Below the pieces are notes generated by a model. The model made no database searches. It had not been told where the DNA came from and saw only the letters and a program-made list of their open reading frames with translations. The translations under genes were made by a program, and so were the position numbers. Shown one piece after another: positions 28,816 through 38,817 of a DNA stretch of 64,000 nucleotides; position 1 is the first letter of the stretch, and every line of letters begins with the position of its first letter. The stretch spans positions 5,271 to 69,270 of the forward strand of contig CAYXZI010000004.1 in assembly GCA_964470105.1 (NCBI GenBank). Direction: 5' to 3'. Source of the DNA: an uncultured Candidatus Saccharibacteria bacterium (lineage in GTDB: Bacteria; Patescibacteriota; Minisyncoccia; Phycocordibacterales; PALSA-1337).

Positions 28816-29265
28816 TTTTAATTTACCAAAAACTCCACAAACTATTTTGGTGCCAACATGTAATCTGACAGTCATAGATCCATTGTTTGATATTTCTAGG
28901 GCAAGTTGATTATCAGTGTTCGGTTCACAGAAAAAAGAGCTTTGAGTTACATTTAATCCCATCTGTGCAATAGTCGGTCTTGTACTTAATATACATGTAA
29001 ATTTATTATTTAAGCTTACTTTTTCCTTAGTATAAAAAATAGCAAATGAACCGGGTTTTAATTCAAATCCATCGTTTCCAATTGTATACTCTTCGAATTC
29101 AGGATCTTCTCGTGAATCTATAAATTCCTTAGCTTTAAGAATTCTGTACTTTGAGCCTAGAGTTAATGTATAACTTGCACCCTTAAGGTAACCTGCATCA
29201 AATGGTTCAATTATGATTTCCTTATTTTTTACTAACTGTTCTATATCCTTACCAGATAAAAACAT
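28807..29265 (-). CDS. dCTP deaminase/dUTPase-superfamily protein
   Basis: 152 aa. GKDIEQLVKNKEIIIEPF and GASYTLTLG resemble the dCTP deaminase family. Flanked by the trpS 3'-end repeats. Confidence 0.55.
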   Translation of the reverse strand: MFLSGKDIEQLVKNKEIIIEPFDAGYLKGASYTLTLGSKYRILKAKEFIDSREDPEFEEYTIGNDGFELKPGSFAIFYTKEKVSLNNKFTCILSTRPTIAQMGLNVTQSSFFCEPNTDNQLALEISNNGSMTVRLHVGTKIVCGVFGKLKKI

Positions 29266-29270
29266 AAAAT

Positions 29271-30221
29271 TTATATAACCCCAATCGCTTTCTTGACCTC
29301 CAGCATCTTTGCATTTGCTACCTCATTTACTTTTCGTGATCCTTTTTCTAATATTTTTCGTACTAAATCTAAATCCTTTGCTAGTTCTGTACGCTTATCA
29401 CGTAATGGTTTGATGAATGCATCTAAATCATCGATTAATGCTTCTTTTAGAATTTTATATTTTCCTTTATTCGCATCATAAAGTGTCTTCAACTCTGCTT
29501 CTGTTCGGAAAAGTTTGTGAATATTGTATACATTAGTTGGTACATCTCCACTTGAATCTGTGACGATACTCATCACCGCCTTTGTAATCTCCTCTCGTGT
29601 AGAGAAAAGCGGAATTGTGTTGTTATAGCTCTTAGACATTTTTTGTCCATCGATTCCCGGAATTATTGCAGAATCTTTAAGAATTACTTCTTCAGGAAGT
29701 TTGAAAGTCTCTCCAAAAGTATTGTTAAACTTTTGAGCTATATCACGTGCGTATTCGATATGCTGTTTCTGGTCCTGTCCTACTGGAACTAGATCTGTGT
29801 TGTAAAGTAGAATATCAGCCGCCATTAATACAGGATAGTTGAATGTTCCAACACTAATCTCCTTGTTCTTAGCTTCTGCATCTTTAAAGGCATGTGCACG
29901 CATCAAGAAAGGCATTGATGTAATAGAATCAAAGATCCAAGTTAGTTCTGTGTGAGCTGGAACATCACTTTGCTTAAAAATATTGGAAATATTTGGATCA
30001 ATACCAATAGCTAAATAGTCCAAAGCTAGGTCTAAAGTATGTTCCCGCATTGTCTTTGCATCTTGGATGCTGTTGAGGGCGTGATAGTCAGCAATCATAA
30101 AAAATTTGTGAGCGTCCTTGTGCTCATTTTGTAGATCTACCATTTGCTTCATAGCACCAAAATAGTTACCGATATGTGGTCGGCCTGTTGGTTTAACTCC
30201 TGAAAGTAATATTTTTGACAT
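29271..30221 (-). CDS. trpS: Tryptophanyl-tRNA synthetase
   Basis: KILLSGVKPTGRPHIGNYFGA (HIGH motif) and KMSKSYNNTI (KMSKS motif). Start taken at MSKILLSG. Confidence 0.9.
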   Translation of the reverse strand: MSKILLSGVKPTGRPHIGNYFGAMKQMVDLQNEHKDAHKFFMIADYHALNSIQDAKTMREHTLDLALDYLAIGIDPNISNIFKQSDVPAHTELTWIFDSITSMPFLMRAHAFKDAEAKNKEISVGTFNYPVLMAADILLYNTDLVPVGQDQKQHIEYARDIAQKFNNTFGETFKLPEEVILKDSAIIPGIDGQKMSKSYNNTIPLFSTREEITKAVMSIVTDSSGDVPTNVYNIHKLFRTEAELKTLYDANKGKYKILKEALIDDLDAFIKPLRDKRTELAKDLDLVRKILEKGSRKVNEVANAKMLEVKKAIGVI

Positions 30222-30268
30222 GGATATATAATAGCAAATATGGCCTAAAATGGCGAAAATATTGTATA

Positions 30269-30297
30269 TTGACAGTATTAGATAAATATAGTATACT
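30269..30297 (+). promoter_or_regulatory. Consensus promoter: TTGACA, 17-nt spacer, TATACT
   Basis: The -10 element ends 8 nt before ATG 30306, so the transcript is near-leaderless. Confidence 0.5.
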
Positions 30298-30305
30298 AAA
30301 AAAGT

Positions 30306-30551
30306 ATGAACAAAGCTCTTACTACAGTTATTGTGATCGTTATTGCCTCTGCATGGTTGACGATTCTTCTCCAGCAAAGCCGGCTAGCCAGGCAGGCAGC
30401 CGAGATTTCCGAATGGAAATCCACTGCTCAGATTGCAATCCACAGTCGCAACGTCTATTGGCGAAGAGACCCTTCGCCGCAGGACTTGAGGGATGCGCTT
30501 GATGCATCCAAGCCCATGAACCCAACCATGAGTGGGTACATGCGTAAGTAG
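30306..30551 (+). CDS. Small single-TM protein (81 aa), GC-rich
   Basis: ALTTVIVIVIASAWLTILL TM helix followed by a charged tail. Own promoter and terminator (30572-30606). Confidence 0.4.
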   Translation: MNKALTTVIVIVIASAWLTILLQQSRLARQAAEISEWKSTAQIAIHSRNVYWRRDPSPQDLRDALDASKPMNPTMSGYMRK

Positions 30552-30571
30552 GGTTCAAACAATTCACATCG

Positions 30572-30606
30572 GGCGGGTGCAAAACAAGCACCCGCTCTTT
30601 CTTTTA
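30572..30606 (+). terminator. Intrinsic terminator
   Basis: Stem GCGGGTGC / GCACCCGC followed by TCTTTCTTTTAC. The stem resembles the hairpin at 51604-51626. Confidence 0.55.
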
Positions 30607-33600
30607 CTTTATTTCCTCCCCCCTCATCAAAATGAGATAGAATGCTGGAACCAAGAATAGTGTTAGGAATGAGGAAAGTGTAAGTCCAAATATCACTGAA
30701 CTTCCTAATGCCTGCCAGAATTCATCAGAAAGTGTTACGGGTAATATACCGAATATTGTACAAAGTGATGTTATAAATATTGCTTCAAGTCTAGACTTTC
30801 CAGCATCAACTATTGCATCTTCAAAAGCAATACCACTCTTTAGATTAAGATTAATCTTGTCTACAAGAATAATAGAGTTTTTAACCACAATACCAAAGAG
30901 AGCAAGGATTCCTATAAGTGCCGGCAATCCCAAACTCACATCAAATGTAGCCATACCGAGGAATACTCCAATCAATGCTAGTGGTATTGGTACAAGCACA
31001 ATTAGAGCCTTACGGAAGGAGTTAAATTGTATAACTAGGGTAGCAATGATGAGGAATATGGCCATTAGCATTGCTCGTACAATAGAAGCAAAGGACTCTG
31101 CATTTTGTTCATTCTCTCCACCATATGAAATGATGTATCCTGCCGGTAACTTGTAATCAGCAATCTTTTTCTCAAATGCAGCTAATATAGTTGGACCATT
31201 AGTACTTGAATCAGCTCCGGCTGATAGGACGACAGTTCTTTTCTGATCAATACGAGTAATTACATTTACTGCTGGCTTCAACTCTATCTTTGAAACATCC
31301 TTTAGAAATACAGGCTGCTTAAATGCATTAAGTATTTGAAGATTTTGTATTGATTCTAGATTTGGTAAATTATTTTTATCAAATGTGGCAATGAGTTTTA
31401 TCTCCTTCTCTCCTTTTGCTATCTTAGCAATTTCAACATCAGAAATTGCTGTACGAAGAACTGATCCAACATAGGCAGCAGTTAAGTTATTTCTTTCTAA
31501 AGCAGCCTTATCGAGAACAAAGGTATATTCTGGCACCGAGTCTTTAATAGAAGTGTCTATGTTTATAACTCCAGGTATGGTTGATAGTGATGATCTTAAA
31601 TCACTCATAATTCTCGTAAGCACACCCAGATCATCTCCAGATATGTGAGCTTCAAAAGCTGCACCAGCTGGAGGACCTCCTGCTGCTACTGATACATTTA
31701 TTTTAATACCAGAAATATTAGCCTCAGTTAGATCCTTTCTAATTAAATCTGCTAGTACATATGACTTCATTGATCTCTCCTCCTTTGACTTGAGTGTAAG
31801 ATTAATTGATGAAAGATTAGATGATCCTGTTCCACTACCACCAAATTGTCCTGAATTAGGACTTCCCTGTCCGATGATTGTTGAGTAGCTAGTAACATCA
31901 GGATATGCAGACATTTTTGCCTCAACCAATCTAGTCTTAGCATCAGTCTCATCTAGGTTTGAACCAACTGGAGTACTCATATCTATATATACATAATCTT
32001 GATCGGATACAGGGAAGAATTCATTACGGACTACACCTGTTCCAACCATTGCAATACTTGCAACAAAGAGAATACCGACAAAACCGAGTACCAGTCTCCT
32101 TCTTTTCTTGTCAAAGATATAGTATTTTAAAGTCTTTTCATATATTGGAATAAATTTATGGAAATCAACTATTCCATGTATTAGACGACTTGTGAAATTC
32201 TCATGTGATCGGTCTCCCTGAGAGGCAAGCTTCTTTTTAATGAGAGCGTCACTTTTCCACTCAAGAGACATTAGTCTTTCATTCTCTTTCATCTTTGGTA
32301 CACCTCCCTTTTCATACCACCATATTAGCCATGCTTCAATACCGACTGCTATAATTCCAAGAAATATTTGTAATCCTCCACCGTTATAGAACATGAAAAC
32401 AGAAAAGATGATTAGCAGACCTTCGATTACAAAGAAGAATCTCTTGGTTAAACGTATACGCTCAAGAATTGCTGCAAGAGGGTGATTGATCATTAGAGCA
32501 ATGAAGAGTGACGCTATTAGAGTAATGGAAACAGTAACTGGTATAGATTTAAGGTATTCACCTACGATTCCTGTTGCGAATAGTAGTGGTAGAAATGCCC
32601 ATACAGTAGCTAGGGTGGTTGTAGTTAATACCCACTTAAAATCATTCAGTACCAAAAGCACTGCTTCCTCAGGAGTAAATTTTCCAGTATTTAAATACTG
32701 TTTTGTAGCAGAAACCACTACAATCGCATCATCAACAAGAAGACCTAATGCAAGGATTAGGGAAAATAGTGAAAGAAAGTTAAGTGTCATTCCTAATGCC
32801 TTAAGAACTCCAAAGCTAACAAAGAAAACAAGTGGTATTGCTAAACCAGCCACGAACGCTTCCTTTAAACCGACAATCAGGAATAGAATGATACTAACCA
32901 GAAGTACTGTAATTAAAAAATCATGACTCAATTGATCAAAACTAATACGCACCTCCTTTGCCATATCCATAGTAGTACTATATGTAATACCTGGAGCAAA
33001 AGTTTTAAGCATACTGTCTACAGTGCTTTTAACTGAGTCTACAGTATCTAGTACGGAAGCACCTTGTCTTTTTATAACTGAAAGACTAATCGAGTTTTTT
33101 GATTCAGAACCCAATTGTGACAAACGAGAGTATGAAGTTTTCTTGATTGCCTTTTCACTTACCTTTGCAATATCTTTAAGTAGTATTGTACTACCGTCTG
33201 AGGTGTGCGATACGGGTATACGAGCTATATCAGAAATTTCTGTCATTCTACCATCTACACGGATAGGAAATATTAAGTTCTTATTTTCAAAGTTACCTGA
33301 TGGTATCGCTAGATTTGAAGTCATTACTGCCCTATTTGCCTCATCAACAGTTATGCCATAGAACAGCAATTGATTGTTATCATAAGCAATCTCATATTCC
33401 AGTTCATCACCACCATAAACCCTGACTTCTCTTACCCCTGGGTTCTTTTCGAGTTCATCTTTAATATTATCTACATAGTTACGAAGAGTGAAACCATCAT
33501 ATGGACCAATTAAGGCAATTGACCATATTGGCGCATCATCAAGTGAAATTTCATTTACGACAGGTTCCTTTGCGTCGGTTGATATATCATTCTTAACTGT

Positions 33601-34014
33601 AGCGACCTTATCACGTAAATTTCTAATTGCATCATCTAGATTTTCATTAGCATTAAACTCAACTTGTATAGATGAAAGAGAATTATATGAATTTGATGTT
33701 AGCTTATTAAGCCCCTTCAGACCTGAAAGCTTTGCTTCAATCTTTTTAGTAACAAACTCCTCAACATCAGATGGTGATGCTCCTGGATATACTGTTGTAA
33801 CTATGGCTATTGGAATTTTAACTTCAGGATTTGATTCACGCGGTAATGAAAGGAAAGAGTATATTCCCCATACAGATATTATAACAATGAGAAGAATGAC
33901 TACACGAAAATTAGTTACAAAGAAATTTAACCAGGTATTACGAAGTTCAGGTCTAAATTCTAGACGTTCGAGGTATCGACTATCAGATGATTGTTCTTTA
34001 TTTTTATAATCCAT
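30604..34014 (-). CDS. RND family efflux transporter (AcrB-like)
   Basis: 1136 aa with 12 TM helices and two large periplasmic loops; AcrB/HAE1-type conserved blocks. Confidence 0.85.
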   Translation of the reverse strand: MDYKNKEQSSDSRYLERLEFRPELRNTWLNFFVTNFRVVILLIVIISVWGIYSFLSLPRESNPEVKIPIAIVTTVYPGASPSDVEEFVTKKIEAKLSGLKGLNKLTSNSYNSLSSIQVEFNANENLDDAIRNLRDKVATVKNDISTDAKEPVVNEISLDDAPIWSIALIGPYDGFTLRNYVDNIKDELEKNPGVREVRVYGGDELEYEIAYDNNQLLFYGITVDEANRAVMTSNLAIPSGNFENKNLIFPIRVDGRMTEISDIARIPVSHTSDGSTILLKDIAKVSEKAIKKTSYSRLSQLGSESKNSISLSVIKRQGASVLDTVDSVKSTVDSMLKTFAPGITYSTTMDMAKEVRISFDQLSHDFLITVLLVSIILFLIVGLKEAFVAGLAIPLVFFVSFGVLKALGMTLNFLSLFSLILALGLLVDDAIVVVSATKQYLNTGKFTPEEAVLLVLNDFKWVLTTTTLATVWAFLPLLFATGIVGEYLKSIPVTVSITLIASLFIALMINHPLAAILERIRLTKRFFFVIEGLLIIFSVFMFYNGGGLQIFLGIIAVGIEAWLIWWYEKGGVPKMKENERLMSLEWKSDALIKKKLASQGDRSHENFTSRLIHGIVDFHKFIPIYEKTLKYYIFDKKRRRLVLGFVGILFVASIAMVGTGVVRNEFFPVSDQDYVYIDMSTPVGSNLDETDAKTRLVEAKMSAYPDVTSYSTIIGQGSPNSGQFGGSGTGSSNLSSINLTLKSKEERSMKSYVLADLIRKDLTEANISGIKINVSVAAGGPPAGAAFEAHISGDDLGVLTRIMSDLRSSLSTIPGVINIDTSIKDSVPEYTFVLDKAALERNNLTAAYVGSVLRTAISDVEIAKIAKGEKEIKLIATFDKNNLPNLESIQNLQILNAFKQPVFLKDVSKIELKPAVNVITRIDQKRTVVLSAGADSSTNGPTILAAFEKKIADYKLPAGYIISYGGENEQNAESFASIVRAMLMAIFLIIATLVIQFNSFRKALIVLVPIPLALIGVFLGMATFDVSLGLPALIGILALFGIVVKNSIILVDKINLNLKSGIAFEDAIVDAGKSRLEAIFITSLCTIFGILPVTLSDEFWQALGSSVIFGLTLSSFLTLFLVPAFYLILMRGEEIK

Positions 34015-34016
34015 TT

Positions 34017-35513
34017 TTATTGTACAATTACCTTCTGTCCTTCCTCTAGTTCATATACAGGAGATACAATTTTCATATCTGGATTAATACCACTCGTAAT
34101 TTCTATAAAGTCTCCTTGAATCTTTCCTATTGTTACAGAATTTTTAACTATTTTAGATTCATCATTAACAGTATATACATAGGCAAATCCAGGAACTATC
34201 TTTACATTTTGAATTGGAATCAAATATACCTTGCCCTCAGCAGTAGTTGCAGTAGTTTTTTGTGCTTCAATTAATACATTTACATTCTGTCCAACAATGA
34301 GTCCTGACTCATCCCCATTATCAATTGAGATCTTAGTTTCAACCTTACGATTTACTGTGTTTACACTGGGAGCAACACTCATAACTTTTCCTTTTATATT
34401 TGTCTCAACCATAACGTTAGCTCCAACAGCGATCTTTGAAAGGTCTTCACCACTTGCATATGCCTTAATTTGTAATCCTCCACCACCAACAACCGTAGCA
34501 ATTAGTTGACCTGGTTGTGCCAACTCTCCTTGACGCAACGGTAATCCAGCAATTTTCCCAGATATTGGAGAAGTTATAATTGTCTTAGCTAGTTGAGCTT
34601 CAAGATTTTTAACTATAGCCTGCGCTGAAGATATCTGTGCCTCAGAGCCTGATAGTCCAGATCCAGCGGATGTAAGACTCTTAATTGCTCCATTAATATT
34701 ATTTCTATCTAAGCTTACTGTATTTTGCCAACCAGTTAAAGTTGTATATGTACTAGATACTGGTGTACCCTTTATTGCATCATTTATTACTTTAGAAATA
34801 TCTTCCAAAAGAAGACTTATATTTCTTAGATTTTCTTGTGATGCAGAAATAACGGAGGCAATATCAGTATTACTAGAAGATGTAGTTAGTGAGTCAATAT
34901 TTTTTTTCCATGATACTGATATTTCCTTAGCCTGAAGATATCTCGCCCTTATAGACTCATCGAGATTTCTGTCTGTTATGAAGGAAGATAGACGTTGATT
35001 GCCTCCCGTTTGATCGTATAGAAAAGGACTTAGATCAATACTGATAACCTCATCGGCAATTAAATAGCTACTTTGCAAAGTTTCCAATGCTGATTTTCGT
35101 GGAGCCTCAAGAAAGTCACCAGATGAAGTATACTGTCCTTGCGCCAGTCTCAGCCCTGCTTTAGCCTGATCTAATTGAGCACGGATATCAGCATTTTGTA
35201 ATGTTGCAATCACCTGACCTTTTGTTACATTATCTCCAATTCCCAAATTTACACTCGCAAGCGGGGCTGAAATTTGACTACGAAGATCAACTTGAGATAC
35301 TGATTCAACAATTCCATCTGCAGATATTTTAGAAATATCATTTCTAAAATTACCGACTTCAACTAGAGTAACCTTCTTATCATTACCGGTATTTTCAGAT
35401 ACAACTTTTGATCTTGTGGCAACTCTACCTGCAATTACCGAAGTTATGACAGCAACGATAGCAATACCGGCTGAAAGAACAACGTGACTACGTATGTATG
35501 TAAATATCTTCAT
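34017..35513 (-). CDS. Efflux membrane fusion protein (HlyD/RND adaptor family)
   Basis: N-terminal TM helix, coiled-coil hairpin and lipoyl-like/beta-barrel blocks. Immediately upstream of the RND gene. Confidence 0.75.
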   Translation of the reverse strand: MKIFTYIRSHVVLSAGIAIVAVITSVIAGRVATRSKVVSENTGNDKKVTLVEVGNFRNDISKISADGIVESVSQVDLRSQISAPLASVNLGIGDNVTKGQVIATLQNADIRAQLDQAKAGLRLAQGQYTSSGDFLEAPRKSALETLQSSYLIADEVISIDLSPFLYDQTGGNQRLSSFITDRNLDESIRARYLQAKEISVSWKKNIDSLTTSSSNTDIASVISASQENLRNISLLLEDISKVINDAIKGTPVSSTYTTLTGWQNTVSLDRNNINGAIKSLTSAGSGLSGSEAQISSAQAIVKNLEAQLAKTIITSPISGKIAGLPLRQGELAQPGQLIATVVGGGGLQIKAYASGEDLSKIAVGANVMVETNIKGKVMSVAPSVNTVNRKVETKISIDNGDESGLIVGQNVNVLIEAQKTTATTAEGKVYLIPIQNVKIVPGFAYVYTVNDESKIVKNSVTIGKIQGDFIEITSGINPDMKIVSPVYELEEGQKVIVQ

Positions 35514-35529
35514 ATGTTTTTATTATACC

Positions 35530-36387
35530 CTATATTCCCTCCTTTTTTAATTCTTCAACCAATTTCTGTGCTGATTTTGACAACTTCTTAGGCATATCTA
35601 CTTTTGTAACAATAAGTAAATCCCCTCTTCTACCTCGAGCATCCGGTACACCCTTCTGGCGTACCCTCAATATTTCATTATGTGTCGTACCCGCTGGAAC
35701 CTTTAGCTCTATCTTCCCATCTAATGTCTCGATATCTAGAGTAGCTCCAAGAAGTGCAGTGGTGAGTTTCAAATCTAATTCCATTATCAAGTTATTTCCT
35801 TCTTTTCTAAAAACATCGTGATCTGTAACCCAAACTCTAACAATTAAGTCTCCTTTTCCTCCTGGACCATCTTCTCCTTTACCTGAAACTCTCAATCCTT
35901 GTCCATTTTCAATTCCAGATGGAATCTTTACCTCTATTTTTTCTTTGTCCACAATGATATCTTTTGCAACACCGAATACTGATTCCTTGAATGAAATTTG
36001 AATATCTATATTTATAGTTGCTCCCTTTCTAGGTCTTCTACCTCCTCCTCCAAAGAATTCTCCGAATATATCTCCTAGATCAAATTCAAATGCTTGTCCA
36101 TTCTGACTTTGATATTGTCTTGCGAACTGAGAGAAATCGAAACCGGCACCACCGAATCCTTGTGATCCTGTAAATCCACTAGGTCCGTCTGAACCGAAGG
36201 TATCATATTGCTGACGTTTTTGATCATCAGACAAGGTTGTATATGCTTCATTTATCTCTTTAAACTTAGCATCATTACCCTGATTCTTATCAGGATGGTG
36301 CTCATGAGCAAGCTTACGAAAAGCTTTCTTTATATCGTCTTTTGAGGCGTTTTTATCAACACCTAGGATTTTGTAGTAGTCTTTCAT
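35530..36387 (-). CDS. dnaJ: DnaJ/CbpA-type J-domain co-chaperone without Zn finger
   Basis: J domain DYYKILGV...HPD, G/F-rich linker, and DnaJ C-terminal domains. No CxxCxGxG repeats. Confidence 0.75.
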   Translation of the reverse strand: MKDYYKILGVDKNASKDDIKKAFRKLAHEHHPDKNQGNDAKFKEINEAYTTLSDDQKRQQYDTFGSDGPSGFTGSQGFGGAGFDFSQFARQYQSQNGQAFEFDLGDIFGEFFGGGGRRPRKGATINIDIQISFKESVFGVAKDIIVDKEKIEVKIPSGIENGQGLRVSGKGEDGPGGKGDLIVRVWVTDHDVFRKEGNNLIMELDLKLTTALLGATLDIETLDGKIELKVPAGTTHNEILRVRQKGVPDARGRRGDLLIVTKVDMPKKLSKSAQKLVEELKKEGI

Positions 36388-36429
36388 TACTTTTACATAT
36401 TAACAGAAATGTGTTGTTTAATGGGATTG

Positions 36430-36458
36430 ACTATACGGTGTATCTGTGATATGTTATG
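36430..36458 (+). promoter_or_regulatory. Promoter: TTGACT, 17-nt spacer, TATGTT
   Basis: Upstream of a 5' region containing TTTAGAGAAAGC and CGGATGCT, which are also present before the gene at 38158. Confidence 0.35.
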
Positions 36459-36488
36459 TTTTAGAGAAAGCACCGAGTATGCGCTCGG

Positions 36489-36842
36489 ATGCTAGATAAC
36501 CAACTCATAATGGGATCAAAAATGATCAAAGAAACTGAAACTCAACGCCAGAAACGAGAGGAGAAGGAAGCCATGGGAAAGGAGAGGATACTCAGGCATG
36601 CCAAATCCCTTATTGATGGAATCGAGAGCGGAAAGATGCCCAGGGTAGTGGTTGCTGGGGCGATCCACCAAATACTTGCGGGTGCCGCACTGTATTGCCC
36701 TGATCAGATGATTCTTGTTCACGGGCACAACAAGAAGGAATCAGAGGTGCCAGACCCAGAACTGATCACTCGGACTGCGAAGTGGCTCTCAAAGGCAGAT
36801 GCGGAGATAGAGAGAGCAAGAGAAGAAGGCAATGGATCATAA
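36489..36842 (+). CDS. Hypothetical protein (GC-rich gene); the start codon is uncertain
   Basis: 117 aa ORF at about 50% GC with no recognised domain. Followed by the 46-nt terminator repeat. Confidence 0.4.
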   Translation: MLDNQLIMGSKMIKETETQRQKREEKEAMGKERILRHAKSLIDGIESGKMPRVVVAGAIHQILAGAALYCPDQMILVHGHNKKESEVPDPELITRTAKWLSKADAEIERAREEGNGS

Positions 36843-36844
36843 CC

Positions 36845-36886
36845 GAAAGCCGGCCTCCCCAGTGGACGCCGGCTTCGCTTTTTATA
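36845..36886 (+). terminator. Terminator, repeat copy 1: GAAAGCCGGCCTCCCCAGTGGACGCCGGCTTCGCTTTTT
   Basis: Stem AAGCCGGC / GCCGGCTT followed by a T-run. About 46 nt identical except 1 nt to the element at 38779-38827. Confidence 0.65.
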
Positions 36887-36891
36887 TTTAA

Positions 36892-37893
36892 CTAGACTAA
36901 TAGATTAGTTGTAAGTGCTACCATCAGTTCCTTATCCTTAGGATCACTTTCAGCAATCAACAGTGCTAAAGCTACTAGTGTATTATCATTTATTTTTCTT
37001 TCACCATTTGCTCGTATATCAATTCTATTAAGTCTCAAGAAGAAAACAAAACAGAATGAAGCTATACGCTTATTACCATCTGAGAATGGATGGTCCTTTA
37101 TGATGAAGTACAGTAGATGAGCTGCTTTTTCATCGAGACTTGAATATAGCTCCTTTCCATCAAAAGTTTGATATATGGTTTTAAGTATACCCCGGAAACT
37201 TCCATCACGTTCTATACCGAAGAGATCTGATGCTTCCTTTTTATCTATTAATACAGTCTTTAAGACTTCAATTGAACTATGAATGAATTCATAATCAAAT
37301 TTCTTTTTTTCAATATCCTTACTTTTCCTTAACTTTAGCTCACCTTCATCATATTCCTTAAGAAATTTCCATGAATTAGCATAGTCATGTATTACAGACA
37401 ACAAGCTATTACTCTCGCCTTGGCTTAACTCTCTTTCTCTAACAGTGCGCTGAATGAAGGAAATCTTTTCTTCTAGATCCTTAAGTATTCTATCTGGGAG
37501 ATTACTAACTCTTTCATTGTTAATAACAATACCTTTAATTAGATACTCTCGAAGTGTTGTAGTGGCCCACTGTCTGAATTTAATTGCCTTTGAAGAATTA
37601 GTACGATATCCGACTGCCAGGATGATGTCTAGTGAATATAAGGTAACTGGCTTATATGAATTAGTATTATGCATATTTTGCATATTGCTTTTTTCATCCA
37701 CCTCACCATCACTGAGTGTATTCTTTATGTGTCTAGACACAACCGACTGATCAATTTCGAACAATTCAGCAATCTGAGCCTGTGTTGCCCAAATTGTTTC
37801 CTTATCTGTGTCAGCTCTCAATTCTACTGTCCCATTAGCACTTGTATATATTACAAGCCTACCATCATCATTTTTAATGATATTTGTGTTCAT
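36892..37893 (-). CDS. RhuM-family N-terminal domain fused to a Fic/DOC domain
   Basis: N-terminal LVIYTSANGTVEL...TIWATQAQIAELF is RhuM-like. The C-terminal HPFSDGNKRIASF matches the Fic motif HPFx(D/E)GN(G/K)R. Confidence 0.7.
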   Translation of the reverse strand: MNTNIIKNDDGRLVIYTSANGTVELRADTDKETIWATQAQIAELFEIDQSVVSRHIKNTLSDGEVDEKSNMQNMHNTNSYKPVTLYSLDIILAVGYRTNSSKAIKFRQWATTTLREYLIKGIVINNERVSNLPDRILKDLEEKISFIQRTVRERELSQGESNSLLSVIHDYANSWKFLKEYDEGELKLRKSKDIEKKKFDYEFIHSSIEVLKTVLIDKKEASDLFGIERDGSFRGILKTIYQTFDGKELYSSLDEKAAHLLYFIIKDHPFSDGNKRIASFCFVFFLRLNRIDIRANGERKINDNTLVALALLIAESDPKDKELMVALTTNLLV

Positions 37894-38157
37894 ATTTAGT
37901 TTGTTAGTTAATAATCTAATAAAAAAATGTCATTCTGACTTAATATGTTTGATTCAAAATAAAAATCTCTATTTCTCCTCTCTCCTAAGAAAATATCGAG
38001 CGAGCCTTGTGGGCATTAGTGGGTATATTATACCAAATATGTGTGGGTAATCTGAACTTTACTTTATATAATAAGTGTGTTACTAATAGTCAATATGAAC
38101 ACGAGCGGATGCTCGAAAGTTCTTTGGAAAACTCAACTTTTTGTTTAGAGAAAGCTT

Positions 38158-38748
38158 ATGAAGACCACCCCTACTTTAGAGCGAGTTGTCGATGCAATAC
38201 AGGAGACAGTTATCAAGGAATTGCTCACGGTATGGAGAATCAACCGTGAGATTACGACCGAGAAACTCTCGGCAATGACCTATCGGCAATTGAGGTCCCA
38301 GCTCGGCCCCAAATCAATCCATCGTTTGTATCTCGAGTGTTGGAGTACAATTTCCCCCGACATGGCCTGGATGAAGGATCATGAAAGGAAGCGAGAAAAA
38401 AGATTGTCTCCGATCGAAGTGACTGGCTACTCTATCACATATCAGGAAGTCAGGTGGGCTGAAATTGAAGCAAGTGTCAAAAAGATACAAGTACTCGCCA
38501 CCCCATCAATCAAACTCCTTCTCAAGAAGTTTCGAAAAAAAGGAGAAACTCAGCAAGGTGAATGGGCGTGTGAAAGAGCAGATGATGTATTTCCTAGCAA
38601 ACTTCCTGAAGATCAGCGTCTGCACCCCCTATTTCTGATCAATCAGAGGCTGCAATTCGATGGAGTTCACTTTAGGTTTAAGTTCATGCCTTACAGAAGT
38701 GGACCTGCCAGTACTGATCTGGTCGAAATTGTCGCCAGGAACAGATAG
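38158..38748 (+). CDS. Hypothetical protein (GC-rich gene)
   Basis: 196 aa. Starts with ATGAAGACCAC, as does the gene at 28191. Upstream TTTAGAGAAAGC and CGGATGCT motifs. Followed by terminator repeat copy 2. Confidence 0.45.
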   Translation: MKTTPTLERVVDAIQETVIKELLTVWRINREITTEKLSAMTYRQLRSQLGPKSIHRLYLECWSTISPDMAWMKDHERKREKRLSPIEVTGYSITYQEVRWAEIEASVKKIQVLATPSIKLLLKKFRKKGETQQGEWACERADDVFPSKLPEDQRLHPLFLINQRLQFDGVHFRFKFMPYRSGPASTDLVEIVARNR

Positions 38749-38778
38749 TCCACATCTCTACGACTTACCTGGAACACG

Positions 38779-38817
38779 AAAGCCGGCCTCCCAAGTGGAC
38801 GCCGGCTTCGCTTTTTA
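38779..38817 (+). terminator. Terminator, repeat copy 2
   Basis: Same sequence as 36845-36886 except CCCCAG becomes CCCAAG. Convergent with the dnaK stop codon. Confidence 0.65.

Noticed and set aside
30222-30300. T-box leader upstream of trpS (and upstream of leuS at 63173-63400)
   Set aside because: No AGGGUGGNACCGCG T-box sequence on the relevant strand in either region. The trpS upstream region is only about 80 nt and is occupied by the divergent 30306 promoter.
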